Assembly (NCBI GenBank): GCA_963782055.1
Contig: CAWAIF010000003.1
Location: 3,648,001 to 3,712,000, forward strand
Source of the DNA: an uncultured delta proteobacterium
Lineage (GTDB): Bacteria > Myxococcota_A > Polyangia > Polyangiales > Polyangiaceae
Direction: 5' to 3'
Length of the DNA: 64,000 nt
Below are positions 31,470-41,479 of this stretch, piece by piece. The position numbers were made by a program, and so were the translations under genes. The notes under the pieces are model-generated. The model was not told where the DNA came from and did no database searches. It saw nothing but the letters and a program-made list of their open reading frames with translations. The first letter of the stretch is position 1, and every line of letters begins with the position of its first letter.

Positions 31470-32495
31470 TCACGCGCCGGCGCGCAGCTCCGCGAGCTTG
31501 CGGGTGGCCGCGGGATCGCCGGTGTGCGAGGCGACGCGCTCCAGGTAGTCGATGGCCGCGGCGCGCTCACCCGCCTCCAGCAGCACGTGGACGGCGATCT
31601 CCACGCCGGGCAGGTAGCCCTGCGGCATCGTCTGCAGGGTGGCGAGGGCGGAGCGAGGATCGCCGTCGAGGCACTGGCCCATGGCGACGACCTCCGTCGC
31701 GTGAGCCTGCAGCTGCGGCGTGCGCGCCTGCGTGCGGGCGCGGCTACCCTCGCGGATCATCTCGGAGGCGTTCTTCGTGGCGAGCCACTGGGGGTAGCCC
31801 TCGTCCAGGCGCTTGCGCCAGATCTCGTCCTCCCGCGTGCGGAGGCGGGCGCGCAGGGCCTGGACGTTCTGGAAGGTGAACATGCCCAGGATGGCCGCCA
31901 TCCAGAGGCTGTGCATCAGCGCCCCGCCGATGGTGAGCAGACCACCGAGCAGGATGGAGACGCCGCGCGCGCCCAGCTCCGGATCGCCCAGCCCGGTGAT
32001 GCCGAGGATGGACCGAAGGGCGTTGCCGCCGTCCAGCGGCATGACCGGGAGGAGGTTGAGGACGCCCCAGCCCAGGTTCACCCAGACGAGCTCCTGCACG
32101 AGCCTCCCCGCCATCCCCGGCAGCGGGTGGAGCGCGCTCGCGATCAACAAGAAGATCCCGAAGAAGATCCCCACCGCCGGGCCGGCCACGCTGATGAGGA
32201 AGGAGCGACCGTGCCCCACGTCCTTGCCGCCGCGCCAGTAGGTGAGACCACCCAGACCGCCGAGGATGATCCCCGGCTGCAGCCCGAAGGCGCGACCGGC
32301 GAAGGCGTGCCCCAGCTCGTGCGCGAGGATGGAGACGAAGACGATCCCCATGACCAGCGCCATCCAGGTCAGGTCGGTGATGGACCAGGAGCTCCCGCCG
32401 GCCCCGGCGCCCAGCAGCACGGCGATGATGAGGAAGGAGGCCTGGACCCGCACCGGGAAGCCGAAGAGGGTGAAATGGGGGCGGGGGGCGTCCAT
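31470..32495 (-). CDS. Site-2 protease (M50 family)
   Basis: HELGH, AGP, NLLPVMPLDGG. Confidence 0.92.
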   Translation of the reverse strand: MDAPRPHFTLFGFPVRVQASFLIIAVLLGAGAGGSSWSITDLTWMALVMGIVFVSILAHELGHAFAGRAFGLQPGIILGGLGGLTYWRGGKDVGHGRSFLISVAGPAVGIFFGIFLLIASALHPLPGMAGRLVQELVWVNLGWGVLNLLPVMPLDGGNALRSILGITGLGDPELGARGVSILLGGLLTIGGALMHSLWMAAILGMFTFQNVQALRARLRTREDEIWRKRLDEGYPQWLATKNASEMIREGSRARTQARTPQLQAHATEVVAMGQCLDGDPRSALATLQTMPQGYLPGVEIAVHVLLEAGERAAAIDYLERVASHTGDPAATRKLAELRAGA

Positions 32496-32567
32496 GCGTC
32501 CCTCTAATTTCACCACGATCCGGCGGGTTGCAAGGGCAAGCGTCCGGGGCCGCGCGCGTCGCCGCGC

Positions 32568-34865
32568 CTAGCGGCAGCGATTGAGCAGGCGGAGCACCGC
32601 CTCGCGCCGCCCGCCCGCGCTCCCCACGAAGGGCGAGTCGGGCGCCTCGACCAGGCCGCGCACGCGGTCGATGGCGGGCACGTCGTGGAGGGCGCACGCG
32701 CAGACCGCCCGCTGCCGCAGCGCCTCCTTGCGCACGCGCTTCGTCAGCGGGGCATCTGGCGGCGCCGCGAGCACCTGGTCGAGCTCGGGTGCGGCCTCGC
32801 CGTAGTAGCCGCCGATGAGCGCGTGCTTGGCGAGCAGGTACGCCGCCAGCGGGCTGCCGGTCTTGCCGTACCACTCGCCGATCATCGCCGCGGCGAGATC
32901 GGGATCCGCCGGCCGGTCACCCGGCGCGGCGACGAGCAGCGTCACCACGGGGAGCCGCGCCTCGGGCAGCCGCGCGGCGATCGCCTTCACCTCCAGGGTG
33001 CGCGCGTGGTCCTCGTTGGGCACGTGCGCGGCCAGGTCGTCGTAGACCGGGGCGGCCCGCGCGCCGTCGCCGCGGGCGAGATCGGAGTCCGCCTCCGCCT
33101 CCCGCGCGTGATCGCGGAAGGCGAGCGGCACCTTGTCGTCCGCGATGAGGGAGTCCAGCTCCGCCCTGCCCTTCGCCGCGTCGCCGGAGCGGAGCTCCAT
33201 CGTGGCGCGGTCGAGGAGCGCGGGGTAGTCGTGGGGATCGCGCGCGAGCACGCCGGCGTAGCCCGCGCGCGCGCAGTCCAGGCGGTGGGTGTCGCGGCAG
33301 GCGTCGGCCTGGCCGCGCAGGGCGTCCACCTCGTGCGGGCACCGGCGACCGAAGACCGCCGGGCGCTCGAACCTGGAGGCCACGTAGGCGTCGGCGGAGG
33401 GCGGCAACGTCACCTTCTCCAGCGCCCTGCGGAAGTCGTCGTCGATGGCGTGCCACGACTGCCCGAGCAGCGCCTCGAGGGACGCGCCGCCGTACCAGGC
33501 GCGCACCGTCCCCCAGCCGTGGGTGTCCGCCAGCCACCGGACGAAGGCGCCCGCGAGGGTGTAGCTCTTGTGCGCCGACTCGCCCAGGAAGCCGAAGGAG
33601 AAGATCTGCTGCATCGGCGGGAGGCGGCCCTTGTCCATCATGGCGCGCGCCCACTCCATGTCGGTGAGCTCGTCCTGGTCGGGCGAGGTCGCCACGGCGA
33701 CGCCCTCGATGAGGCCGGGGTTGGGCCAGAGGCCGTGCAGCGCCCCGGCGATCCGGAAGGGCCCGCGTCCGAAGCTGCCGGCGACGACGTGGGCGATCTC
33801 GTGGCCGAGCACCGGGTGAGGGTAGCGGTCCATCTGCAGGTAGACCTCGTGGCGCCACGGCTTCGCGATGTACGTGTTCGCCGCGCCCATCAGGCGCTTC
33901 TTGTCCCCGGCGTCGCGGAAGAAGAAGGCGGTGATGCGCGACGGCCCGCGCGCGCCGACCGTCTTCTCGTCGGCGGCGATCTCCTGCTCGCAGTCGGCGA
34001 GCAAGAGCGCGGCCTCGTCCTCGCGCAGGGAGTCGGGGTAGACCACGTCGCAGCGCGGGCCGGAGCGCCGCCCGCCGAGGTCCTTCGCGATGCTGCTCGC
34101 CGTCGACCAGTGGCCGAGCGCCGCGCCCTCCGCGGCCATCACCACCCAGGTGGCGAAGCCCAGCAGCGCCAGGACGAGCCGCGGCGTCGCGGCGACGCCG
34201 GTGAGGTCGAGCGCGAGCCCGCGCCCCTCCCCCTTGCGCCGCAGCACCGAGGCGAGCAGCACGAGGCCCACGACGGCCGCCGCCGAGCGGACGCGGTAGG
34301 TGTACAGGGCGCTGCCCGGCTCGATGACGGTGTCGTAGAGGGTGCCGCTGAAGTAGCCGACGAAGGGATTGAAGGCGAAGATCATCGGCGAGCTGTAGAA
34401 GCGCCACACGCTCACCACCACGCCGCCGAGCGGCGCGGCCAGCGCGACGAGCACGGCGAGGAGCCGCCGGCGCTTCGCCCCGCGCGCGATCTGCCCGGCG
34501 ACGGCGCCCCACGCGCCCCCGACCACCGCGCCCGCCCCCGCCGCGAGCGTGAAGCCGAAGAGGCCTCCCCACAGATTGCAGACCCCGACGAAGAGGCCGT
34601 GGAGCAGGCCCAGCACCATCGCCAGCACCGCGAGCAGCGCGCCGAGCGCCAGGCCGCGGCCGACGCACGCGAGCGGCGGGGCGTCGCCGGCGGAGGTGTC
34701 CAGCGCGGTGGCGATGGCCGCGGCGCCGGGGAGCAGGAGCCCGCAGGCCAGGCCGTACTCGTAGCCCACCCCGCCGAAGAGCGGCAAGAAGCCCACGGCG
34801 ACGAGCACCACGGCGACGGCCGCGGCGGTGATGCGAACGGTGCGGCTACCGAGCAGCGGCGTCAC
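32568..34865 (-). CDS. Polytopic membrane protein with gluzincin-like HExxH...E domain and TPR-like C-terminus
   Basis: About 7 TM segments, HEIAH followed by LIEGVA, helical repeats. Confidence 0.7.
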   Translation of the reverse strand: MTPLLGSRTVRITAAAVAVVLVAVGFLPLFGGVGYEYGLACGLLLPGAAAIATALDTSAGDAPPLACVGRGLALGALLAVLAMVLGLLHGLFVGVCNLWGGLFGFTLAAGAGAVVGGAWGAVAGQIARGAKRRRLLAVLVALAAPLGGVVVSVWRFYSSPMIFAFNPFVGYFSGTLYDTVIEPGSALYTYRVRSAAAVVGLVLLASVLRRKGEGRGLALDLTGVAATPRLVLALLGFATWVVMAAEGAALGHWSTASSIAKDLGGRRSGPRCDVVYPDSLREDEAALLLADCEQEIAADEKTVGARGPSRITAFFFRDAGDKKRLMGAANTYIAKPWRHEVYLQMDRYPHPVLGHEIAHVVAGSFGRGPFRIAGALHGLWPNPGLIEGVAVATSPDQDELTDMEWARAMMDKGRLPPMQQIFSFGFLGESAHKSYTLAGAFVRWLADTHGWGTVRAWYGGASLEALLGQSWHAIDDDFRRALEKVTLPPSADAYVASRFERPAVFGRRCPHEVDALRGQADACRDTHRLDCARAGYAGVLARDPHDYPALLDRATMELRSGDAAKGRAELDSLIADDKVPLAFRDHAREAEADSDLARGDGARAAPVYDDLAAHVPNEDHARTLEVKAIAARLPEARLPVVTLLVAAPGDRPADPDLAAAMIGEWYGKTGSPLAAYLLAKHALIGGYYGEAAPELDQVLAAPPDAPLTKRVRKEALRQRAVCACALHDVPAIDRVRGLVEAPDSPFVGSAGGRREAVLRLLNRCR

Positions 34866-37243
34866 ACCCCGGCGGGAGCTTCGCGAGGCTCCTCCTCGTC
34901 GACCTTCGCCTCCGGCGGGGCCGGCGGGGGCTCGAGCACGAGGGGCAAGATCTCATCGACGCGCTTGATGAGGTGGATGGTGAGCTGCTCGCGGACGTCC
35001 TTGGGGATGTCCTCGAGGTCCCGCTCGTTCTTGGCGGGCAGGAGCACGGTGGTGATGCCGGCGCGGTGCGCGGCGAGGAGCTTCTCCTTGATGCCTCCGA
35101 CGGGCATCACCGTCCCGCGCAGGGTGATCTCGCCCGTCATCGCCACGTCGCGCTTGACCGGGCAGCCGAGCAGCAGCGACGCCACCGCCACGAAGAGGGT
35201 GACGCCGGCGCTGGGCCCGTCCTTCGGCGTGCCGCCCTTGGGCACGTGGATGTGCAGGTCGATGGTCTTCAGGAACTCGGGGTCGAGGTGGAGGCGGTCT
35301 GCCTTGCTGCGCACGAAGGAGAGCGCGGTGTGCGCCGACTCCTCCATGACGCTGCGCAGGTTGCCGGTGATGGTGACGTGCCCCTTGCCGGGCATCTTGG
35401 TGGCCTCGATGAAGAGGATGTCGCCTCCGGAGGGCGTCCAGGCGAGGCCGGTGGCGACACCAGGCACCATCTCGCGCTCGGCGAGGTCGGGCGAGTAGCG
35501 CGGCGCGCCGAGCACCTCCTCGACGAAGGCGGCGTCACCCGTCACGTGGACGTCCTCGCCCTCGGCGAGGCGCATGGTGACCGCGCGGCACACCGCGCCG
35601 ATCTCCCGCTCCAGCCCGCGCACGCCCGCCTCGCGGGTGTAGCGGTCGATGATGGTCTCGATGCCCTCGGTGGTGAAGTCGAGGCGCTCGTCGGTCAGCC
35701 CGTGCTGCGAGAGCTGCTTGGGCACCAGAAACTCCTTCGCGATGCTCGCCTTCTCGCGCCGGGTGTAGCCGGGGACCTCGATGACCTCCAGGCGGTCCCA
35801 GAGCGGGGCCGGGATGGTGTCGGGGTTGTTGGCCGTGGCGAGGAAGGTGATCTGCGAGAGGTCGAAGGGGGTGTCGATGTAGTGATCCTGGAAGGAGTTG
35901 TTCTGGGCCGGGTCCAGCACCTCCAGCAGGGCCGCGGAGGGATCCCCCATCACGTCGACGCCGAGCTTGTCGACCTCGTCCAGGACGAGGACGGGGTTCT
36001 TGCTGCCCACCTTCTTCAGACCCTGGATGATGCGGCCGGGGAGCGCGCCGACGTAGGTGCGGCGATGGCCGCGCACCTCTGCCTCGTCGCGCACGCCGCC
36101 GAGGGCGATGCGGTGGTAGCGCCGCCCCATCGACCGGGCGATGCTCCGGCCGAGGGAGGTCTTGCCGACGCCGGGCGGCCCGATGAAGCAGAGGATGGGC
36201 CCCTTCTTGTCCGCGCGCAGCTTGCGCACCGCGATGTACTCGACGATGCGCTTCTTCACCTTCTCCAGGCCGTAGTGGTCCTCGTCCAGGCAGCGCCGCA
36301 CGTCACCCGTGTCCAGCTTGTCGACGGTGGTCTTGTTCCAGGGCAGGTCCGCCAGCCACTCCAGGTAGTTGCGGGTGACGTTGTACTCGGCCGACTGCTG
36401 CTGCATGCCGGAGAGGCGCGCGAGCTGCTTGCGGGCGATCTTCTGTGCGTCCTCCGAGAGCTGGGCGCGGCGCAGGCGATCGCGCAGCTGCTCGACCTCC
36501 TCGTCCTCGCCGGCCTCCCCGAGCTCCTCGCGGATGTTGCGCATCTGCTGGCGGAGGATCTCCTCGCGCTGGGTGCGGCCCTCGCCCTCCACCATCGTCT
36601 GGACCTCGCGGCGCACGCGGAGCATGTCCAGCTGGCGGGAGACGAGGTTCAGCACCAGGCGCACGCGCTCCTTCGGGGTGAAGGTCTCCAGCACGCGCTG
36701 CTTGTCGGCGACCGACGCCTGGTCCACGCCCAGGTTGCCGGCGATGAGGTCCGCCAGGGCGCCGCTCTCCCGGACGTTGTCCAGGATGGCGGACGTCTCC
36801 TTCGGCAGCGAAGGCGAGAGGGCGAGCACCTCGCGCATGGACTCGCGCAGGCGCAGGCCGAGGGCGTCCAGGTCGGCGTCGCGCTCCAGGTCCTCCGGGA
36901 TGCGGGTGATGCGCGCGCGCATGTACGGCTCCAGCCCCGCCGGGGCGACCACCTGCAGCCGCCCCAGGCCGTGGAGCACGACGGAGTAGTTCTGCGGGCC
37001 GATGCGGATCACCTTCACGACCCGCGCGATCGTGCCGACGCCGTACAGGTCGTCGAAGACGGGCTCGTCGACGTCGGGGTCCTTCTGGCTGACGATGCCG
37101 ACGACGGCGCGCTCCTGGCCGAGGATGTCCTCGACGAGGCGCACGCTGCGGCGGCGCCCGACGTTGATCGGGACCACGCTCGCCGGGAAGACCACGCTGT
37201 TCCGAAGCGGCAGGATCGGGAGCGTCTCTGTCGGGGAGCTCAC
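34862..37243 (-). CDS. lon: ATP-dependent Lon protease
   Basis: LPILPLRNSVVFP, DHYGLEKVK, GPPGVGKTS, PKDGPSAG (Ser), GGIKEK (Lys). Confidence 0.97.
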   Translation of the reverse strand: MSSPTETLPILPLRNSVVFPASVVPINVGRRRSVRLVEDILGQERAVVGIVSQKDPDVDEPVFDDLYGVGTIARVVKVIRIGPQNYSVVLHGLGRLQVVAPAGLEPYMRARITRIPEDLERDADLDALGLRLRESMREVLALSPSLPKETSAILDNVRESGALADLIAGNLGVDQASVADKQRVLETFTPKERVRLVLNLVSRQLDMLRVRREVQTMVEGEGRTQREEILRQQMRNIREELGEAGEDEEVEQLRDRLRRAQLSEDAQKIARKQLARLSGMQQQSAEYNVTRNYLEWLADLPWNKTTVDKLDTGDVRRCLDEDHYGLEKVKKRIVEYIAVRKLRADKKGPILCFIGPPGVGKTSLGRSIARSMGRRYHRIALGGVRDEAEVRGHRRTYVGALPGRIIQGLKKVGSKNPVLVLDEVDKLGVDVMGDPSAALLEVLDPAQNNSFQDHYIDTPFDLSQITFLATANNPDTIPAPLWDRLEVIEVPGYTRREKASIAKEFLVPKQLSQHGLTDERLDFTTEGIETIIDRYTREAGVRGLEREIGAVCRAVTMRLAEGEDVHVTGDAAFVEEVLGAPRYSPDLAEREMVPGVATGLAWTPSGGDILFIEATKMPGKGHVTITGNLRSVMEESAHTALSFVRSKADRLHLDPEFLKTIDLHIHVPKGGTPKDGPSAGVTLFVAVASLLLGCPVKRDVAMTGEITLRGTVMPVGGIKEKLLAAHRAGITTVLLPAKNERDLEDIPKDVREQLTIHLIKRVDEILPLVLEPPPAPPEAKVDEEEPREAPAGV

Positions 37244-37352
37244 ACGGTGCGTATAGCACGCCGACCGGTGCGTACACAGGTGCTCGGCCCCGCGAGCTGG
37301 ACCGCTCCCAGGTCGCCCCGCGCCCCGGACATGTGCTAGTCCAGCGAGCAAG

Positions 37353-38018
37353 ATGCGCGTCCGTCCGGCGTCCATTTCGCTCCTTCTCTGCCTCGCGGTG
37401 GCGGGCTGCGGTGCAGCCCAGGCGGAGGACCCCGGCTCGACCCTTCGCGACTACGCGCTCGCCCTGCAGCAGGGTCGCGCCGACGACGCCTACCGCCTCC
37501 TCAGCGACGAGGCACGCCGCGGCGTGTCGCTGGAGGCGTTCCGGCGCATGGTGAAGGACAACCCGGCCGAGGTGCGGGAGATGGGCACCGCCCTGTCCCG
37601 CCCGACGGCGCCGCCGGTGGTGACGGCGACGGTCACCGGCCCGGACGGGCAAGAACTGCACCTGGTGCTGGAGAAGGGCAAGTGGAAGGTGGACGCCTCC
37701 GCCATCGACCTATACGCCCAGGACACCCCGCGCCACGCCGTGCAGGGGTTCGTCCGCGCGCTCGAGCGCAAGCGCTACGACGTGGTGCTGCGCTACGTGC
37801 CCGATGCCCACAAGGAGGGCATGGACGCCCAGAAGCTGAAGGCGAGCTGGGAGGGCGAGGAGAAGGCGGAGATCCAGCAGGTTCTCTCCGCGCTGAAGCA
37901 GGCGCTGCCCACCGCCCAGATCGACGAGACGGGGGAGCACGCGACGATGCCGTACGGCGCGGGCACCCTGGAGCTGGTGCGCGAGCACGGCCTCTGGAAG
38001 ATCGAGAATTTCGATTGA
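37353..38018 (+). CDS. Hypothetical lipoprotein (NTF2-like duplicated fold)
   Basis: Lipobox VAGC; two repeats ending LVLEKGKWKV / LVREHGLWKI. Confidence 0.75.
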   Translation: MRVRPASISLLLCLAVAGCGAAQAEDPGSTLRDYALALQQGRADDAYRLLSDEARRGVSLEAFRRMVKDNPAEVREMGTALSRPTAPPVVTATVTGPDGQELHLVLEKGKWKVDASAIDLYAQDTPRHAVQGFVRALERKRYDVVLRYVPDAHKEGMDAQKLKASWEGEEKAEIQQVLSALKQALPTAQIDETGEHATMPYGAGTLELVREHGLWKIENFD

Positions 38019-38027
38019 CCGCAGGAA

Positions 38028-38046
38028 GGGCGCGGTTGGCGCGCCC
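38028..38046 (+). terminator. Possible terminator hairpin
   Basis: GGGCGCG-GTTGG-CGCGCCC 9 nt after the stop; weak U-tail. Confidence 0.3.
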
Positions 38047-38157
38047 GTTCGGGTTGCTTTACATGGGGGCCTCACGAGCGGCTTGCAGAGTGCAACCGGT
38101 TACGACGAATATCCGGCGTGGTGCTCTCGTCGAAAGAGGAACCCAAGGAGATCTCGC

Positions 38158-38865
38158 ATGCGTAAAGCCATGTTGGTGGCAGCCGTCTTGCTGGTGGGCT
38201 GTGAGGTGAGTGTCAACGGGTCGGGTGGGGCGCAGGACCCCTCCACCGCGAACACCGCCCCGCCCGCCACCGCCGCGCCCCCCGTCACCGCCGCCCCGCC
38301 CGCCACCGCCGCGCCCGTCGCCGGCGGCAACCACCGTGTGGCCTCGCGCGTGAGGCTCCGCAACGGCAGCGTGCCCGTCGTCTCCGGGACCGGAGTGTTC
38401 GGCGGCGCGCAGACGGCCGCTGACGACCTGCAGGGCCTCATCTACTTCCTGCCGGAGAACACCCCCAGGCTCCCCGACTACGCGACCCTCCAGCCGCAGG
38501 GCGTGCTCTACACCCGGCAGCTCGCCATCACCCCGCGCAGCTTCACCGCCGGCTTCCCCGGCGTGAACAACCGCTTCGAGTGGTTCGGCATCCGGTACAC
38601 CGGCCACTTCAACGTGGCGCAGGCGGGTTCGTACAACTTCCACGTGCAGTCGGACGATGGCTCCAAGGTGTGGATCGACAACGCCTTGCTCATCGACAAC
38701 GACGGCGTTCACCCGCCCCAGGACAAGACGGCGACGATCAGCCTGGGCGCCGGGCAGCACACCATCCAGGTGGACTACTTCCAGGGCCCGCGCGATCAGA
38801 TCGCCCTGCAGCTCTGGGTGACGCCCCCCGGCCGCCCCGAGATGCTCTGGTCGCCCAGCTTCTGA
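38158..38865 (+). CDS. PA14-domain lipoprotein
   Basis: AAGGAG RBS, lipobox LVGC, APPAT linker, SDDGSKVWID..IDNDGVH..VDYFQG. Confidence 0.88.
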   Translation: MRKAMLVAAVLLVGCEVSVNGSGGAQDPSTANTAPPATAAPPVTAAPPATAAPVAGGNHRVASRVRLRNGSVPVVSGTGVFGGAQTAADDLQGLIYFLPENTPRLPDYATLQPQGVLYTRQLAITPRSFTAGFPGVNNRFEWFGIRYTGHFNVAQAGSYNFHVQSDDGSKVWIDNALLIDNDGVHPPQDKTATISLGAGQHTIQVDYFQGPRDQIALQLWVTPPGRPEMLWSPSF

Positions 38866-38889
38866 CTCGACGCGACGGGCCTGCGGAGC

Positions 38890-39537
38890 TCACGCACGCG
38901 TGAGATCCGGGGCGCGCACGTAGAGCGGCTCCAGCGTCGCCACGTCGTCCGGCGGGCGGGTCATCGCGATGCGCGCGACGGGCTCCGCCCGCGGCAGGTC
39001 GTGAGGCGGCTCGCGCGCGTAGCGCACCGCCCCGCCCGCAGGCAGGTGCGCCTCCAGCTCGGCGGACGCCTCCCCCACGATCACCACCCGGGCCGCCGCG
39101 CGGGCGGCGATCGCCTCCGCCAGCGCCGGCGCGGGCAGGTGCACCGGCTCCGCGTCGCCGAGGCGCGCGTAGAGCTCGCCCTTGCCCGCGGCGATCACCG
39201 CGATCACCAGCTCGTCGTCGGCGCGCTCCAGCCCGTACGCGAGCGCGTCGAAGCCGGTGACGCCGACCACCTCCGCCCCCGTCGCGAGGGCGATGCCCTT
39301 GACGGTCGCCACGCCGATGCGGACGCCGGTGAAGGAGCCAGGCCCCACGCCGACGCCCCACCGCCCCACGTCCGCGGGCTTCCAGCCCGCGTCCCTCGTC
39401 ACGCGGTCGACGAGCGGCAAGAGGGACTCGCCGTGCGCGTTGGACACCCGCTGCTCCGCGGCGGCCACGAGCCTCCCGTCCTCCAGCAGCGCCACGCTGC
39501 CGAGCGCGGTCGACGTATCCAGCGCGGCGACGCGCAT
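38890..39537 (-). CDS. tsaB: tRNA t6A biosynthesis protein TsaB
   Basis: ALDTST, HGESLLP, GVGPGSFTGVRIG, LEPLYVR. Confidence 0.93.
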   Translation of the reverse strand: MRVAALDTSTALGSVALLEDGRLVAAAEQRVSNAHGESLLPLVDRVTRDAGWKPADVGRWGVGVGPGSFTGVRIGVATVKGIALATGAEVVGVTGFDALAYGLERADDELVIAVIAAGKGELYARLGDAEPVHLPAPALAEAIAARAAARVVIVGEASAELEAHLPAGGAVRYAREPPHDLPRAEPVARIAMTRPPDDVATLEPLYVRAPDLTRA

Positions 39538-39540
39538 GCC

Positions 39541-40722
39541 CTAGAGCTGCGCGAAGCGGCCGCTGCGGAAGGCGGCCTCCAGGAGCTGATCGACGCGGCG
39601 CGCGAGCTCCGGCGCGCGCGGGTCCGGCGAGGCGGCGAGCGCCGCCTTGATCTCGTTGAGCGCCTTGAGCTGGCTGAAGAGCTGCACGTCGCCCAGGCCG
39701 CCGGCGCCCGTGAGCACCTGCCGCACCCTGTCGATCTCGGCGGCGAGCGCCTCGATGCCCACCCCCGAGGCCCCGACGCGCCGCGCGTTGGGGTGGTCGC
39801 GGTAGTGAGCCTCGAGCACCGGCCCGACGATGGCCTCCAGGATCGCCGCCTGGTCCTCGTTGTTCCAGATGTGCTTGAGGACGAAGAAGTCGCTCGCGTC
39901 GGGCTGCGCGCGCCCGTCGAGGAAGGCGCTCGCGGCGAAGAGCTTGAGGAGCTTGACCACGCGACGGTCGGAGAGGCTGACGCCCTCGGCGCGGATCTGG
40001 AAGACCAGGCCCTTGTACTGCGAGAAGAACTCCTCGGAGAAGCGCATGCGCTGGGCGAAGCCGCGGTGGAGCTCGGCGATCTCCCGGGCGCTCGCCAGCG
40101 GCTGGACGGGCGCGTCGGTGAGGCCCATCACCTCGTTCATCAGGCCCTTCTGGAGCAGGTCCTGGAAGTGGTAGGCGTCCAGGTTGTCCGACCGGATGCG
40201 CAGCAGGAAGCGATCGAAGATGGCCGTCAGGGTCTCGTCCGACGGAACCTCGTTGGAGGCGCCGAAGCAGGAGAGCAGCGGGCAGCGCAGCACCTGGCCG
40301 CCGCTGGTGTACTTGCGCTCGTTGAGCAGCGTCAGCAGCGCGTTGAGGATGGCGGAGTTGGACTTGAAGACCTCGTCCAGGAAGACGATCTCCGACTCGG
40401 GCAGCATGTTCTCGGTGCGCCGCTGGTAGCGGCCCTCCCGGAAGGCGGCGATGTCGACGGGGCCGAAGATCTCGTTCGGCTCGGTGAAGCGCGTGAGCAG
40501 GTACTCGAAGTAGTGCGCCTGCAGCAGCTTGGAGAAGGTGCGGATGAGGGCGCTCTTCGCCGTGCCCGGCGGGCCGATGAGCACCGCGTGCTCGCCGGCG
40601 ACGACGGCGATGAGCATCAGGCGGATGACCTCGTCCTTGCCGAGGAAGCGAGACTCCAGAGTCTGGGCGATCTGGGCCAGTCGGTGGGTGAGCGGTTGCG
40701 CTTGCGGGGCAGTGGCGGCCAT
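39541..40722 (-). CDS. RavA-like AAA+ ATPase (MoxR superfamily)
   Basis: GPPGTAKS, FEYLLTRFTEPNEIFGP, FLDEVFKSNSAILNALL, ASNE, DRF, LSDRR. Confidence 0.9.
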   Translation of the reverse strand: MAATAPQAQPLTHRLAQIAQTLESRFLGKDEVIRLMLIAVVAGEHAVLIGPPGTAKSALIRTFSKLLQAHYFEYLLTRFTEPNEIFGPVDIAAFREGRYQRRTENMLPESEIVFLDEVFKSNSAILNALLTLLNERKYTSGGQVLRCPLLSCFGASNEVPSDETLTAIFDRFLLRIRSDNLDAYHFQDLLQKGLMNEVMGLTDAPVQPLASAREIAELHRGFAQRMRFSEEFFSQYKGLVFQIRAEGVSLSDRRVVKLLKLFAASAFLDGRAQPDASDFFVLKHIWNNEDQAAILEAIVGPVLEAHYRDHPNARRVGASGVGIEALAAEIDRVRQVLTGAGGLGDVQLFSQLKALNEIKAALAASPDPRAPELARRVDQLLEAAFRSGRFAQL

Positions 40723-40747
40723 ACGAGCCGGCTAGCGTAGCCGAAGT

Positions 40748-41479
40748 TCACCCGCTCCGGCGGGTGAAGCGATAGACGGCCGCCGGCTTGCTCGGGGTGA
40801 TCCGCCGGCCGGGGGCCCGCTCGATGAGGCCGTCGTCCAGGAGCCGCTGGAAACGGCGGCGGAAGTTGCCCGGGTCCACCTTCTTGCCCGTCACCACCTC
40901 GTAGGTGGCCCGCAGCTCGGGGATGGTGAAGGTCTCCTGCACCAGCTCGTAGGCGATGTCGGAGTACTCCAGCTTGCCGGCGATGCGGGTGAGGGCGGTC
41001 TCCAGGATCCGGCGGTGGTCGAAGGCGAGCTCCAGCTTGCGTGCATTGTGCACGGAATACCAGCGCACCCGCGAGACGTCGCCGCCTGGCCGCACCATCG
41101 GCACCAGGTCCGGCCGCACCAGCGCGTAGTACGCGACGGACACCACGCGCATGCGCGGGTCCCGCCCCGCGTCGCCGAAGGTGTAGAGCTGCTCCAGGTA
41201 CACCTGCGACGGGGAGAGGCCCGTCTCCTCCGCCAGCTCGCGCGCGGCGGCGGCGTCCAGATCTTCCCCCTGCCGCCGGGCCGTCGGCCCCACGCGCAAG
41301 AAGCCGCCGGGCAGGGCCCAGTCGCCCTTGAAGGGGTGCTCGTCGCGCTGCACGAGCAGCACGCGCAGCTCGGCGTCCTTCACCGTGAGGATGACGATGT
41401 CCACCGCGACCGAAGGGCGCGGAAAGTCCCCCGGCCGGTAGCGAGCGAGGAACGCCTTCTCCGAGTTGTCGCGGGGCAT
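40748..41479 (-). CDS. nrtR: NrtR transcriptional regulator (NUDIX + winged HTH)
   Basis: WALPGGF, AARELAEETG, LEQLYTFG..RDPR, LAFDH, FTIPEL, NFRR. Confidence 0.92.
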   Translation of the reverse strand: MPRDNSEKAFLARYRPGDFPRPSVAVDIVILTVKDAELRVLLVQRDEHPFKGDWALPGGFLRVGPTARRQGEDLDAAAARELAEETGLSPSQVYLEQLYTFGDAGRDPRMRVVSVAYYALVRPDLVPMVRPGGDVSRVRWYSVHNARKLELAFDHRRILETALTRIAGKLEYSDIAYELVQETFTIPELRATYEVVTGKKVDPGNFRRRFQRLLDDGLIERAPGRRITPSKPAAVYRFTRRSG

